A DNA stretch of 36,582 bases from a virus. Taxonomy: Duplodnaviria; Caudoviricetes. Shown one piece after another: positions 26,720 to 36,057 of the stretch. Every line of letters begins with the position of its first letter. The stretch's first letter is position 1. A program made the position numbers and the translations under genes. The notes beneath the pieces are model-generated. The model searched no databases. It had not been told where the DNA came from and saw only the letters and a program-made list of their open reading frames with translations. The stretch is taken from positions 1 through 36,582 of the IMG/VR virus record IMGVR_UViG_3300005077_000058. One strand, written 5' to 3'.

Positions 26720-28075
26720 TTAATAACCCATATCGGCATAAAGAGCGTCTATTTGTCCCGCTGTACCTCCTACTGTTCCGGCATAAGTTTGAAGTTGCAG
26801 ATAATCGAAAGAGTTATCCACAGGCACACGAATACAATAAAGTGCGTCTGCGTCCTGCGAGACTTCGATACAAGTATCATCAGCGGCTGCGGCTGGTATA
26901 TTAAACAAAGCCGAGCCTGTCGAAAGTCCGCAGTTAGCTGCCAAAATCTGTGCTGGATCAATTACATATTCTTCCGCACCCGCGCTTGTGTGCTTGGCTA
27001 GAAACTTAAATCTGACATTGTTGGAATCGTTTATATCAACAGTCACAAAATATCTGACCCATTTGGCACGCCTGACATACAATTCACCGCCGACATCTGC
27101 CGCTGTATCGGTTAAGTTTTGGGCTGCGGACAAAAGTGTTTGCACTCCGGTAAAATTGTCCGACTCGTCCCTTAAAGGCATGTTCTTCATCGCGTCGTTG
27201 GCTGTGTCTGTCCTCTTTGGCGGACCAGCCATGATCGTTACCACAAACGTGTCACCTGCCGCAAAAGTAGCACCTGTTACAGTCAAAACGCCTGTAGAGG
27301 AGTTGTAACTCATAATGTTTACGTCCGGCGTGTAAGTGACTGCCGCTGCTCCTGCTGTGACCTTTTTAACTGATGCAAATTGAGCATTTGTCGGTGTAAA
27401 AGGTATTCCTGTTAAGGTTAATGTCGTTCCACTGGCGTATGTAGCCGTAAAATCAGCCGGTGAAAGATATGTGTTATCACCTGAGCTTGTTGAACCTGTT
27501 GAAGCCGGAGCGTCCGAAGGAAGCACTACCGGAATTGAATTTGCGCTTGTTTTTTGGCCGAGTGTGACTGCCGTACCGCCGACTTGATTTAAATTTACAT
27601 TAGATGTCGGCCCGCCACTACCTGCTACAGGGGCTGCGTATGAATATGAAGCTGAATCGTTGGCGACTGTATCCTTAGATTTCGCCCAAACCTGACCACG
27701 CCTGTGATCAACGCAATACATACCCTTGTGAGGTAAATGAGGCGTTATCTTAGTTATTTGATCGGTTGGAGATAAAAATTGCAGATCAGACAAAACATCT
27801 TCCGGTATCAATACTGGAATAGATAATCTTGTTGCCGCTGCAAGACTAAAAGAGCTGTCACCAAAATGACCTACAGCACTTTTAATAGAATTTAAAATAC
27901 CGGTAAATGCTAATTTACCAGTTACAATAGTGCCTGCTGCTTGCCCTGTTGCGGAAGCCCATGCGCCACTAGATAGATAAAACCACGTTAGGGCTTCTCC
28001 TGTAACAGCCGTGACCGTTGATGCATCATCAACTCTATCTGTTGGCATCGGCACTTGAGGAGTCATTTTAATCAT
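26720..28075 (-). CDS. Virion structural protein (tail/fibre-associated)
   Basis: A/T/S/G-rich; LGQKTSANSIPVVLPSD motif seen in phage tail proteins. Confidence 0.6.
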   Translation of the reverse strand: MIKMTPQVPMPTDRVDDASTVTAVTGEALTWFYLSSGAWASATGQAAGTIVTGKLAFTGILNSIKSAVGHFGDSSFSLAAATRLSIPVLIPEDVLSDLQFLSPTDQITKITPHLPHKGMYCVDHRRGQVWAKSKDTVANDSASYSYAAPVAGSGGPTSNVNLNQVGGTAVTLGQKTSANSIPVVLPSDAPASTGSTSSGDNTYLSPADFTATYASGTTLTLTGIPFTPTNAQFASVKKVTAGAAAVTYTPDVNIMSYNSSTGVLTVTGATFAAGDTFVVTIMAGPPKRTDTANDAMKNMPLRDESDNFTGVQTLLSAAQNLTDTAADVGGELYVRRAKWVRYFVTVDINDSNNVRFKFLAKHTSAGAEEYVIDPAQILAANCGLSTGSALFNIPAAAADDTCIEVSQDADALYCIRVPVDNSFDYLQLQTYAGTVGGTAGQIDALYADMGY

Positions 28076-28092
28076 TTTTCAAATTGTTAAGG

Positions 28093-28122
28093 AAATCCCC
28101 CCCCATCCGAAGACAGGGGGAT
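28093..28122 (-). terminator. Hairpin with cUUCGg tetraloop after the capsid/decoration genes
   Basis: Minus strand reads ATCCCCCTGTC-TTCG-GATGGGGGGGGATTTCCTT. Confidence 0.65.
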
Positions 28123-28128
28123 AAAAAT

Positions 28129-28695
28129 TTAACTTGCCGGTGTGTATACCGGAGCAGTTGCACCGTCTACAATGTTGTAGAGGGCTACAGGAACCCAGTC
28201 TGCACCATTCCAGATCAGTTCTGCCGTGTCTCCAACATCAGCAAATACGATTGTTGCAGTGGTGTTGAAGGTCAATGTTGAATCACTGCCCGGATCAACT
28301 ATCATCTGGACTTTTTTCATGAGTCCAGGCTGAGTAGCATCCGCCAGCGTCAATGCATTGGCTCCATTATTGGTTAATGCCGTATAATATGACGTTAGAT
28401 TGACAGCACCCGCGCCTGTTAAGGCTTGCTGTACTGTTGTCAGCATGACAGGCATGACCGTATTAGATAATGCAGTGGTTATCTTTTTGGTTGTCGCGAC
28501 AGTAACATCACTGGATACAGTAGCGTTAACAGTCAATGTATCAGCACTTGAGTCACCAATTGTTGTATTTCCAGAAGTCGTAAGGTTTGTCGTGGTCACA
28601 GGAGCGTCAATGTTGCCGGAAGCATCTGCCACCGTTACACCGTTGACGGTTATAGCGCCTTTAACCTCCAAACCTGTTCCAATTACTTTACTCAT
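28129..28695 (-). CDS. Probable capsid decoration protein
   Basis: Directly after the MCP and before the terminator; TLADA..PG..K...GDTAELIWNG..W fold. Confidence 0.55.
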   Translation of the reverse strand: MSKVIGTGLEVKGAITVNGVTVADASGNIDAPVTTTNLTTSGNTTIGDSSADTLTVNATVSSDVTVATTKKITTALSNTVMPVMLTTVQQALTGAGAVNLTSYYTALTNNGANALTLADATQPGLMKKVQMIVDPGSDSTLTFNTTATIVFADVGDTAELIWNGADWVPVALYNIVDGATAPVYTPAS

Positions 28696-28720
28696 TTTTT
28701 TAGCTTGGTTAAAAGGTTAA

Positions 28721-29911
28721 TTAAGCAGTCTTCCTGAGTCTGTACATTCTTTGAGCACCTTCAACAAAAGTCTTCTTACCGTATAAAGCCCAAGTAAGAA
28801 TATTGGTACCTAGTTTAGGTGAAGTGTCTCCGGTTGTACGTGCAAATTCAGACTTAACATCTTTTTGCATGACCAGATCGAAGTTACCCATTTGACCCAT
28901 TGGAAGATCAAGTACCTGTGTTGAACTTGTACAAGTGTCTTGAGTCCCGCCAATAGTCATCTTACCTGCTGCTGTGATAGTCAATGTGTTTGTTGAAGCT
29001 GCATAAGTAGCAGTTACACCGCGTCTTTTGAGTTTAGCTCTATCAGCTGCGGCAAGCGGGTAGTAGATAGAACCTGCTGTTGTGCCGTTGATCGCTGCAA
29101 CAAGGTTTGTTCCAAGAGTAACATCAACATCAGACCCAGCATCAATCAATACGTTGCCTGCTGTTGTTCCAAGAGAAGAAACAAAAGTGAATGTTACACC
29201 ATTGATTATCAATGTGGTTGCGTTTGTTGGATCGTCAGAATAAACCAGAGTAGCTGTTGATTTGACGTTTTGGGACTGGAAACATTTAAGACCTAAGAAG
29301 TCTCCCATATAGCCTCCAAGTCCATATCCGTTTACAAGAGTTTCATCTTGTTTTCTGAATCCGTTAGCGGAAAAGTACTGTTCAATAATAGATACAGTGT
29401 CCGGATCAAGTACAGCATACCAAGGTGCATTGCTTTCGCATCCGTTGTTTACCAAAGCCGCCTTGGCCTCACTTAAAGCCTGAACAATGTTGTTTGTTGC
29501 AAGTGTCCATGCTGTTGAGTTGTACAGACCAGCGTTTGCCACTTCAGCAAGACAAGCTCTGTCAACAAGATCTCTCAGCTCGTAAGCTGCTCTCATTGAA
29601 AGCTTATCCATTGTCTTGTATTTGTTTTGAATATCGTCAATGTCATCAACATAGATAGGTAGTATCTTTGCCTGATCGACATCCAAGTATTCGTCAGTAG
29701 TAGAAACATCCAGAATAGTTGCAGCAGTACCTTTTGTGTAGTCCTGTGCATATAACTCTGAATGATATGGGCGGCGTATTCTATCGCCATAAATGAGGGT
29801 TGATCTCTCTTCGGTATTAGCGATTGCCCCAGAAACTAAATTGTTTTTCAGGAGGTTTTGAACACGAGCACTCCAAAGCTCGGATGAAAAATGTTGTAAA
29901 TCGTTAGCCAT
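28721..29911 (-). CDS. Major capsid protein (P22 coat-like, HK97 fold)
   Basis: F.SELWS..V...L, GDRIRRP, VDDID..Q, AAYEL...VD, G..G...G...FQSQN, LYG.K. Confidence 0.85.
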   Translation of the reverse strand: MANDLQHFSSELWSARVQNLLKNNLVSGAIANTEERSTLIYGDRIRRPYHSELYAQDYTKGTAATILDVSTTDEYLDVDQAKILPIYVDDIDDIQNKYKTMDKLSMRAAYELRDLVDRACLAEVANAGLYNSTAWTLATNNIVQALSEAKAALVNNGCESNAPWYAVLDPDTVSIIEQYFSANGFRKQDETLVNGYGLGGYMGDFLGLKCFQSQNVKSTATLVYSDDPTNATTLIINGVTFTFVSSLGTTAGNVLIDAGSDVDVTLGTNLVAAINGTTAGSIYYPLAAADRAKLKRRGVTATYAASTNTLTITAAGKMTIGGTQDTCTSSTQVLDLPMGQMGNFDLVMQKDVKSEFARTTGDTSPKLGTNILTWALYGKKTFVEGAQRMYRLRKTA

Positions 29912-29961
29912 TTTAAGAAAAAATTACAGATTATTAATCTGTCTTTTTTCTCAAGTTAGAT

Positions 29962-30585
29962 TTAGAGCTTGTAGCCATTGCGCTGGAATTGCGCCCATTT
30001 CTTTTCGTCTCTGGCTATTGCAAGCACATCATCCTGCTTCTTTTCTGCCGGTCTTCCACTTGGCGGCAAAGACATTCTTCCGCGAGCTTCCCTTTTTGAT
30101 TCGTCCGCATTGATTCCAGTAATTGCCAGAGCGGTTTCTAACGCCTTATAATTCCCAAGAGGTTTATACTCTTTGAATTTTGCCTTTAGAAGCTCAGCCT
30201 TTAACTTCGGCAGCGCGGGTATAGTATCGAGTAACGCTTTAAATTGCTTTTGCTCCTCCTTTTGTGCAAGTTTTTCCTCAATTATCTTCTCAACATCAGG
30301 TACCTTTTCAATCACCTCAAGTTTTTGTGATAATTTGGCCTGCATCCATGAAGGTGCATCTGCAACATCAGCTTTACCTGCCACTACCTTGGCATACCAG
30401 CTGTCAATTTGCTGTTTAGCGGACTTCTCAGCTGGTGTCAGCTCAGAATCCGACGTGTCCTCGGTTGAGTTATCCTCAACATCGAGGTCTAACTCCGCAG
30501 TCTCTGTAGACTGGTCATCGGCGGACTCGTCTTCTATTGTGTCTATTTCTAGTTCATCATTAGAAGCGGAACCATCGCTTGGCAT
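29962..30585 (-). CDS. Capsid scaffolding protein
   Basis: Very acidic N-terminus, helical, immediately upstream of the MCP. Confidence 0.7.
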   Translation of the reverse strand: MPSDGSASNDELEIDTIEDESADDQSTETAELDLDVEDNSTEDTSDSELTPAEKSAKQQIDSWYAKVVAGKADVADAPSWMQAKLSQKLEVIEKVPDVEKIIEEKLAQKEEQKQFKALLDTIPALPKLKAELLKAKFKEYKPLGNYKALETALAITGINADESKREARGRMSLPPSGRPAEKKQDDVLAIARDEKKWAQFQRNGYKL

Positions 30586-30640
30586 AGGAATTTGTATAAA
30601 GAATTTTTAAAAGATCTACCCCGATTGAACTAGAAAAAGT

Positions 30641-30940
30641 TCACTTGTCAATAGATTTTGCTGCTTTTTCTAAAATATCTATTTCGTTTGAGGACTCCTC
30701 AAACAGCTTACACATTGCAGTCACCCCTAGACGATAAGCATCGTACTGTTCTTTGTTGAAAGACTGGCTTTTTACAAAATCTAACAATAAGGAAGCTTCA
30801 CCCAGCCTGATCACGTCCTGATAGTTACGCCATACATACGACATCTTTGAGACGTTTTTGCGGCTTCCTAGTATTTCCTCCATTCCGACTTTACCGTTAC
30901 GCTGTGCCTGTTCCCTGTTTTTTAATATTTGCTCTATCAC
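30641..30940 (-). CDS. Hypothetical protein between portal and scaffold
   Basis: GTGA overlap with the portal stop. Confidence 0.6.
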   Translation of the reverse strand: MIEQILKNREQAQRNGKVGMEEILGSRKNVSKMSYVWRNYQDVIRLGEASLLLDFVKSQSFNKEQYDAYRLGVTAMCKLFEESSNEIDILEKAAKSIDK

Positions 30941-32649
30941 ATGATCGGGTCAAAAGGTAATTTATTTCCTTTTTGTCTTGCGCCCATCTCTGTTTCGCTC
31001 AATCCACCCTCCGGCATACCTTCCATGCCACCTTGCGGCTGCTGTGGAGCCTGAATATCATCAAGCGAGATATCCTGATCATTTAAGTTAGCACCCTTAA
31101 TCACAAGCTTATTAAACGCCGGACTTCCGGGCGGTAGCATTGCCAAGGTCTTTGCTATTTGAGCTTGCTTCATGACGTTTGACGGAATAGCCCCTGATCT
31201 GGAATTGACTTTGACAAAATATTTTCTGTCTCTTAACTCTTTGGCCAACGCACCTAAAGTCACACCCTCAATTGGCACCTCCTGCCCGTCATCCATCTTG
31301 ATCTTTGTCGTAAGGTTAAGAGGCGTATCGTCATCATCATCAACAGTTTCTTTGATTATCTCAATAACAAACTCAACTAAAGCCTTACATTCAGAGGCGT
31401 TGTATTCCATTATCTGCTTGATTGTCATGTCAGCGTTTTCCTCCTCACTGATTATCTGTGTAGCGGTCACACTTGCGCCTCTGTCTACTGAATCCAGAGG
31501 AAACCCTAAACGCGTAACTTGCTGTTCTAAACGTGTAAACGCTCTTTCCCATTCGTTTGTGATTGGAGCTGTCTGTAATGGCTGGACATTAAATTGTCCT
31601 TTGTCCATATTTCCCTGCTCAAACACAGCAAACCCTTTACCTCCGGCTTTCTTTTGCTCGTACGCCATCAGTACCTTGTTGAAGAATGTAGAAGCTCCGC
31701 CATTAGGCAGTGATATGAAATTAATCGGGTCTATATTGTCCCCGGCGTGTGAATAGGCCATATTATCCATTTGGGCCGCTACCACCACTATATCATAAAG
31801 TAAATGCACTATACCGTAATTGTAGTAACCTTCAGTTGATGGGAAACATTTTAAATGAATTACCGGTATGTAAGCTTTACCGTTCTTCATAAACGGATAA
31901 TCTTTGCCTTTCAACATTTGGATTTTAGTGCATGAAGCACCTGCAAATACGACATACGCTTTCTTGGAAATCGAATAGTAATGCGCAACCTCTATTTCCT
32001 CATCTTCATTAAAGGTTTCTTGCTGCCATGTTTTCTCAAGCTGCTTGGAATCATACGCTCTTGGGATCTTACCTTTTGCTACTTTCCCTTCCATATCTGG
32101 ATAGGCGTTCTCGAACTGTGATTTTGAATACGAATAAATAATCAAAAGATCATCAGCTGACAACCCAGCAACAGAATCTCTGATATCATTCGCATTATGA
32201 TCAATGTATATGTCTGATAGTGAAGTTGATCTAAATTTAATCGGAAACGGACTTTCTTCATCAGTACCTAACTGAATATGCGCGTCCCCGAACGGTAACA
32301 TTTTGTGAAAAGCACCGCCTTTGTCTCTCAAACAACTAGCTAACCCTCCCTCATCAAGTACCGTTGCCACTCCATCAGTCACTATTTTTTCATTTGCTTC
32401 AGGCGCACCCGACCCCTGAATGTCAAAATCCAAAAACTTCATCTTTCCAACAGCTTTCCAGATCACTTGTTGAAGTAATTTTGAACTAATTTTTTCTGTA
32501 CCTTGTGGGTTCCAAATCTCAAATTGAGACTCAAATAAATCTTGTATGAGTGTCCACTCATTCACTTTCTCGTTGTGGGTTGTATTGCACCTTTCGGCCA
32601 GTTTAAGCGCCTGTTTGATAACAGGATCGCTTGCGTTTGATACGATCAT
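30937..32649 (-). CDS. Portal protein (P22-like)
   Basis: 570 aa after TerL; IYID..A, YPF, YYNYGI...L, TATQI motif, Q/P/G/M-rich tail. Confidence 0.8.
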   Translation of the reverse strand: MIVSNASDPVIKQALKLAERCNTTHNEKVNEWTLIQDLFESQFEIWNPQGTEKISSKLLQQVIWKAVGKMKFLDFDIQGSGAPEANEKIVTDGVATVLDEGGLASCLRDKGGAFHKMLPFGDAHIQLGTDEESPFPIKFRSTSLSDIYIDHNANDIRDSVAGLSADDLLIIYSYSKSQFENAYPDMEGKVAKGKIPRAYDSKQLEKTWQQETFNEDEEIEVAHYYSISKKAYVVFAGASCTKIQMLKGKDYPFMKNGKAYIPVIHLKCFPSTEGYYNYGIVHLLYDIVVVAAQMDNMAYSHAGDNIDPINFISLPNGGASTFFNKVLMAYEQKKAGGKGFAVFEQGNMDKGQFNVQPLQTAPITNEWERAFTRLEQQVTRLGFPLDSVDRGASVTATQIISEEENADMTIKQIMEYNASECKALVEFVIEIIKETVDDDDDTPLNLTTKIKMDDGQEVPIEGVTLGALAKELRDRKYFVKVNSRSGAIPSNVMKQAQIAKTLAMLPPGSPAFNKLVIKGANLNDQDISLDDIQAPQQPQGGMEGMPEGGLSETEMGARQKGNKLPFDPIM

Positions 32650-33938
32650 TTCATTGTTGTTAAGTTGATGTTAAAGGGATTGCCGCCTCTAAGTGATCTT
32701 AAATACTCATTAGCTTGCTCTTTATATTCTATCTGTGTGTTTTTTGGCTTTACACCTACTGCCAAATACCGCCATGCATCAGCAGCATGTGAGTGTTCAT
32801 CGTGCAATGGGCCTCTTGATATTCTAAGCTTGTCATCAAAGTTTTCTCTGTAAGCCCTCAAATGCTTCAATCCATCAGCACAATTAAATGAATCAAACCA
32901 ACACTTCTCCATAAACGCACGGCCATTATCTATCCCGTCTTTTATTGGAATATTCGGACAAATAACTGTATCAAAGCCATAACCACGCAATATCTCTTCA
33001 ATACTTTTACCTGTTCCAAGGCTTCTTGCCCTTGCGTCATGCGGCAATATCACGTCAGCATACACATAAGGCTTTGCCCCTAACTCTTTAGCGTACCACT
33101 CAATCGGCTGGCCGGAGCTTTCAAGAAAATCAATAATATGCACCTCTTGTCCGACAAATTGAGCAAACCAAATCGAAAGTGAATCTGATATACCAAGATC
33201 AAACGCCAAATAGACCGGAACATGTGAATCATATGGAACGCGCGTTATTCTGCCATCCGCTATAGCTTTTGAGATCTGTTTTGCATAGTACGCGCCCTCA
33301 CTGATCAACCTATATCCACCTTCCCATACATGAATAAACTTTTCTAAATCTATTTGTTTATCAAACAACATCTCTTTTTTTAAAACCTCGCTAAACCAAG
33401 GATTGTCACGCCATGAAACCTGCTTAACAATACTGTTTGGTGGTGGTGTTTTACCCCTAAACATCATGTCAACCGGATCAAGCTCATTCTCCGGATTCCA
33501 ACTAAACCATATTTCCGAGCCTTCTTGCCTTATAGTCGGAATTAGTAAATCCAACGACCTCTGGCTTACATAATTAGCTTCTTCAACCCATGCAATATTA
33601 ATACCTTCCATTGATTTGATAGACTCTACATTATTTTTCAGCCCCGCAAATATGAACAAAGTCCCATTCACACCCCTTATTTCAGTATCAGTAGAACTAT
33701 AAAAATCAGACAATCCATAATCTCTTATCTTGTCATCAACCAATCTTTTTACTGAATCTTTTATCGACTTCTGAATTTCACGGGCACACAAAACCCTTAA
33801 AGGTTCACTTGTACCTTTCGCAACTAAAGCACCTGCAAATGAATGACTTTTAGCAGAACCTCGGCCGCCATAATAGGCTTTATATCTGGAAGGCTTAAAT
33901 AAATCCTGAAAAACATCAGGTAATTGGATTACTGCCAT
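32646..33938 (-). CDS. terL: Terminase large subunit (PBSX family)
   Basis: YGGRGSAKS, CAREIQKSIKDSV, WVEEA, SWNP, DLG..D, SHAADAWRY. Confidence 0.95.
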   Translation of the reverse strand: MAVIQLPDVFQDLFKPSRYKAYYGGRGSAKSHSFAGALVAKGTSEPLRVLCAREIQKSIKDSVKRLVDDKIRDYGLSDFYSSTDTEIRGVNGTLFIFAGLKNNVESIKSMEGINIAWVEEANYVSQRSLDLLIPTIRQEGSEIWFSWNPENELDPVDMMFRGKTPPPNSIVKQVSWRDNPWFSEVLKKEMLFDKQIDLEKFIHVWEGGYRLISEGAYYAKQISKAIADGRITRVPYDSHVPVYLAFDLGISDSLSIWFAQFVGQEVHIIDFLESSGQPIEWYAKELGAKPYVYADVILPHDARARSLGTGKSIEEILRGYGFDTVICPNIPIKDGIDNGRAFMEKCWFDSFNCADGLKHLRAYRENFDDKLRISRGPLHDEHSHAADAWRYLAVGVKPKNTQIEYKEQANEYLRSLRGGNPFNINLTTMK

Positions 33939-34353
33939 TGATAAATTCTATCTTCAAATTATGATTAATCTCTCCTTTCTGATCTATTTCCGACTTATCA
34001 GCCATCCCATGATTAGAAGCCAACAACAATTTTGCAATCAACGGATTATAATCTCCAGATAGCCCATTATTGATTAATCTATCGGCTTGTTTGACCTTTA
34101 TCATGCGAATTGCGTCGGAAAACTCTGCGTATAATTTACCCCATTCATAGATAGTGTCCTTAGACAAATCAAGATAATCAGCCAATCCCTCAATAGACGG
34201 GAGTTTGACTCTCAGCTTCAACATTGGCCACCCTTTGGCACTCTCCCCGACTTGAACCTCTTGGTCTCGACATTGATCAATGTATGCACCTATAGCGTTT
34301 TTCCATTCGGCTGGTGTTCTTGTAGTATATTCTGTTGGTCTTCCACCTGCCAT
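33916..34353 (-). CDS. terS: Terminase small subunit (P22 gp3-like)
   Basis: MAGGRPTEY, SIEGLADYL.LSK.TIYEW, EFSDAI, GLSGDYN..IAKL.L. Confidence 0.88.
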   Translation of the reverse strand: MAGGRPTEYTTRTPAEWKNAIGAYIDQCRDQEVQVGESAKGWPMLKLRVKLPSIEGLADYLDLSKDTIYEWGKLYAEFSDAIRMIKVKQADRLINNGLSGDYNPLIAKLLLASNHGMADKSEIDQKGEINHNLKIEFINGSNPIT

Positions 34354-34505
34354 ATTAACTGTTTTAAAAAAAATGTTCTTCGCTTGTAACTACTATGGCT
34401 GCCAACATGCAGGACTAGAGTTATTTCCTGCTTTGTTTGTTGCCCCGACTTTATGGCTTGAACCAAATAGTCTTTGTAATCCAACGCAAACGTATTAAAA
34501 AAAGT

Positions 34506-34715
34506 TTAGTTGTCAAGTTCTTTTTCGATTTCTGTTTGGGTGATGACTTGATCACACTCGAAGCAGGCCAAACCTACCCTTGGAACTCTGATTTTCCGCC
34601 AGCCTATCTCTTCAATCTCGTAGTGATAATACTTACCGAACTTCTTTGGGTCTTCATTCCCACATGAACACTTGAATTTCTGTAGCTTATTTTCTTTTTT
34701 AAAAACTTGAATCAT
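34506..34715 (-). CDS. Zn-ribbon protein
   Basis: CSCG...CFEC; ATGA coupling. Confidence 0.6.
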   Translation of the reverse strand: MIQVFKKENKLQKFKCSCGNEDPKKFGKYYHYEIEEIGWRKIRVPRVGLACFECDQVITQTEIEKELDN

Positions 34716-35029
34716 TGTGTTTTTTTAAGCTTCGCAAGCCTTAAGTAAGCCATTAATTCAGGATCGTCAAAATGCTCTTGACTTTCAGATAATGGCTGTG
34801 TAGTGTCAAAACCTTCTTTCCCAAGAAGAACGGAGGTTACCTCAAAATTCAGGTCGCCTCCGTTTTGCCCTGCCTGATTTGTAAGTCCTGGATAGCAATT
34901 AGTACACCAAAACTCCGGATACATAATTTTTCCGGTGTATCCTCCGGTTAATTCTCCTAGAACCTCGCCGCAACCTGAACATGATATTTTCATTTGTTTT
35001 TCGAAAGATTGCTGTGTTTTACCCGACAC
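34712..35029 (-). CDS. Zn-ribbon protein, first gene of the leftward arm
   Basis: CSGC...CTNC; true start may be the internal ATG. Confidence 0.6.
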   Translation of the reverse strand: MSGKTQQSFEKQMKISCSGCGEVLGELTGGYTGKIMYPEFWCTNCYPGLTNQAGQNGGDLNFEVTSVLLGKEGFDTTQPLSESQEHFDDPELMAYLRLAKLKKTQ

Positions 35030-35061
35030 GGCGGCGGATTGACGATAGCAACGTCAACTGT

Positions 35062-35090
35062 GTCATACCAAAATCGAAAATCAATTGCAA
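35062..35090 (-). promoter_or_regulatory. Leftward promoter candidate
   Basis: Minus strand TTGCAA(35090-85), 17 bp, TATGAC(35067-62). Confidence 0.45.
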
Positions 35091-35107
35091 CAAGCGGCAA
35101 AAATCTA

Positions 35108-35136
35108 TTGCTTTTCATAAAATTACCCTGTATGAT
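35108..35136 (+). promoter_or_regulatory. Rightward (early) promoter candidate
   Basis: TTGCTT(35108-13), 17 bp, TATGAT(35131-36). Confidence 0.6.
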
Positions 35137-35171
35137 GTATGTATACGTGACCTTTCACATCATCCCTCCCC

Positions 35172-35300
35172 TTGCGATAGCAACAAGGCAAAACAATTAT
35201 CTCAATTTGTCTACAGTTAGTTTCAACTTTGTATCTTGTGCAGACCTGTAGCCTCAATTGTACCTTAGTCGCTAGTCGCAATCAATAGCGGCTATTTTTT
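35172..35300 (+). ncRNA. Structured early leader RNA / attenuator candidate
   Basis: Rod of four nested helices 35172-35281, overlapping an alternative terminator hairpin 35266-35300. Confidence 0.5.
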
Positions 35301-35310
35301 AATTTTCTTT

Positions 35311-35472
35311 ATGCATCACTACGACGAAATCCCAAGACCCTTTCAGGTTTATGCCAAGTACTCAATCAGAGACAAGTTCAAGAATCTAGCGAAGTACAAC
35401 GGCATGACAACCAGCCAATACTTCGAACATATCGTAAAATCTTTAACCCCAAAAAAAAATGATAACCCTTGA
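35311..35472 (+). CDS. 53-aa ribbon-helix-helix (Arc/CopG-like) regulator
   Basis: Hand-translated: FQVYAKYSIRDKFKNLAKYNGMTTSQYFEHIV, i.e. strand, helix, G-x-T/S turn, helix. Confidence 0.65.
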   Translation: MHHYDEIPRPFQVYAKYSIRDKFKNLAKYNGMTTSQYFEHIVKSLTPKKNDNP

Positions 35473-35551
35473 ATTCTTACTCCAGTTATTTATCTGTTGC
35501 GGCCTGATGACAGCATTAGCTCTCATGCTATCCCTTAAACTCACAAAATGA
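35459..35551 (+). CDS. 30-aa TM microprotein (MITLEFLLQLFICCGLMTALALMLSLKLTK)
   Basis: Hand-translated; ATGA-coupled to the next gene. Confidence 0.5.
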   Translation: MITLEFLLQLFICCGLMTALALMLSLKLTK

Positions 35552-35697
35552 AAAATCAAAAAACATGCGCTATGTGTGGCAAACACATAGACAGCCAATT
35601 CCCCTACTGCTCGCAGAAATGCGCAGACGCTCATTACCGGACTTCATGGGAAGCCATGAGGGAAGACCGGATAGAATCTCTAACCGAATCACGATGA
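35548..35697 (+). CDS. 49-aa Zn-finger protein (CAMC...YCSQKC)
   Basis: Hand-translated; treble-clef CxxC-x10-CxxxC; ATGA coupling on both sides. Confidence 0.65.
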   Translation: MKNQKTCAMCGKHIDSQFPYCSQKCADAHYRTSWEAMREDRIESLTESR

Positions 35698-35849
35698 ACA
35701 TATACCGCTGCCGCACATGTAACTGCTTTGTCCGGTATGGATGGGACTACTGCGACGAGCATTACACCGAAGACCACATCGGAGACTATGACCCGCTAGG
35801 CGATCTGTATCGCCAAGAACAAATTACAGCATTAAACAATTCACGATGA
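35694..35849 (+). CDS. 51-aa Zn-finger protein (start revised from 35565)
   Basis: CRTC...CDEH; ATGA coupling. Confidence 0.6.
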   Translation: MNIYRCRTCNCFVRYGWDYCDEHYTEDHIGDYDPLGDLYRQEQITALNNSR

Positions 35850-36010
35850 AATACACACATCTTACCGATCAGGAACTAGAAGATATGCGGAAAAACGTAC
35901 GTCTTCAGCAAGAAGCACTGGAACAACTGGACGATGCGCTGATTGAAGAACAGTCCAGAAGGCACGGTAGAAAAATAGCAAAAGACCTCTGGAAAATGTT
36001 CAACTTCTAA
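35846..36010 (+). CDS. 54-aa coiled-coil microprotein (MKYTHLTDQELEDMRKNVRLQQEALEQLDDAL...)
   Basis: Hand-translated; ATGA coupling. Confidence 0.6.
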   Translation: MKYTHLTDQELEDMRKNVRLQQEALEQLDDALIEEQSRRHGRKIAKDLWKMFNF

Positions 36011-36057
36011 GAGCTCCTGACTCGCTTCAGGAAGGGCAAAAATAACAACTGGGAAAG

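Noticed and set aside
14273-32853. Numerous + strand ORFs opposite the virion genes (e.g. 19425-20063, 31172-31756)
   Set aside because: Antisense shadows of long, well-supported minus-strand genes, with no motifs.
35565-35693. N-terminal extension of the 94-aa ORF
   Set aside because: Overlaps a better Zn-finger ORF (35548-35697); the coupled ATG is at 35694.
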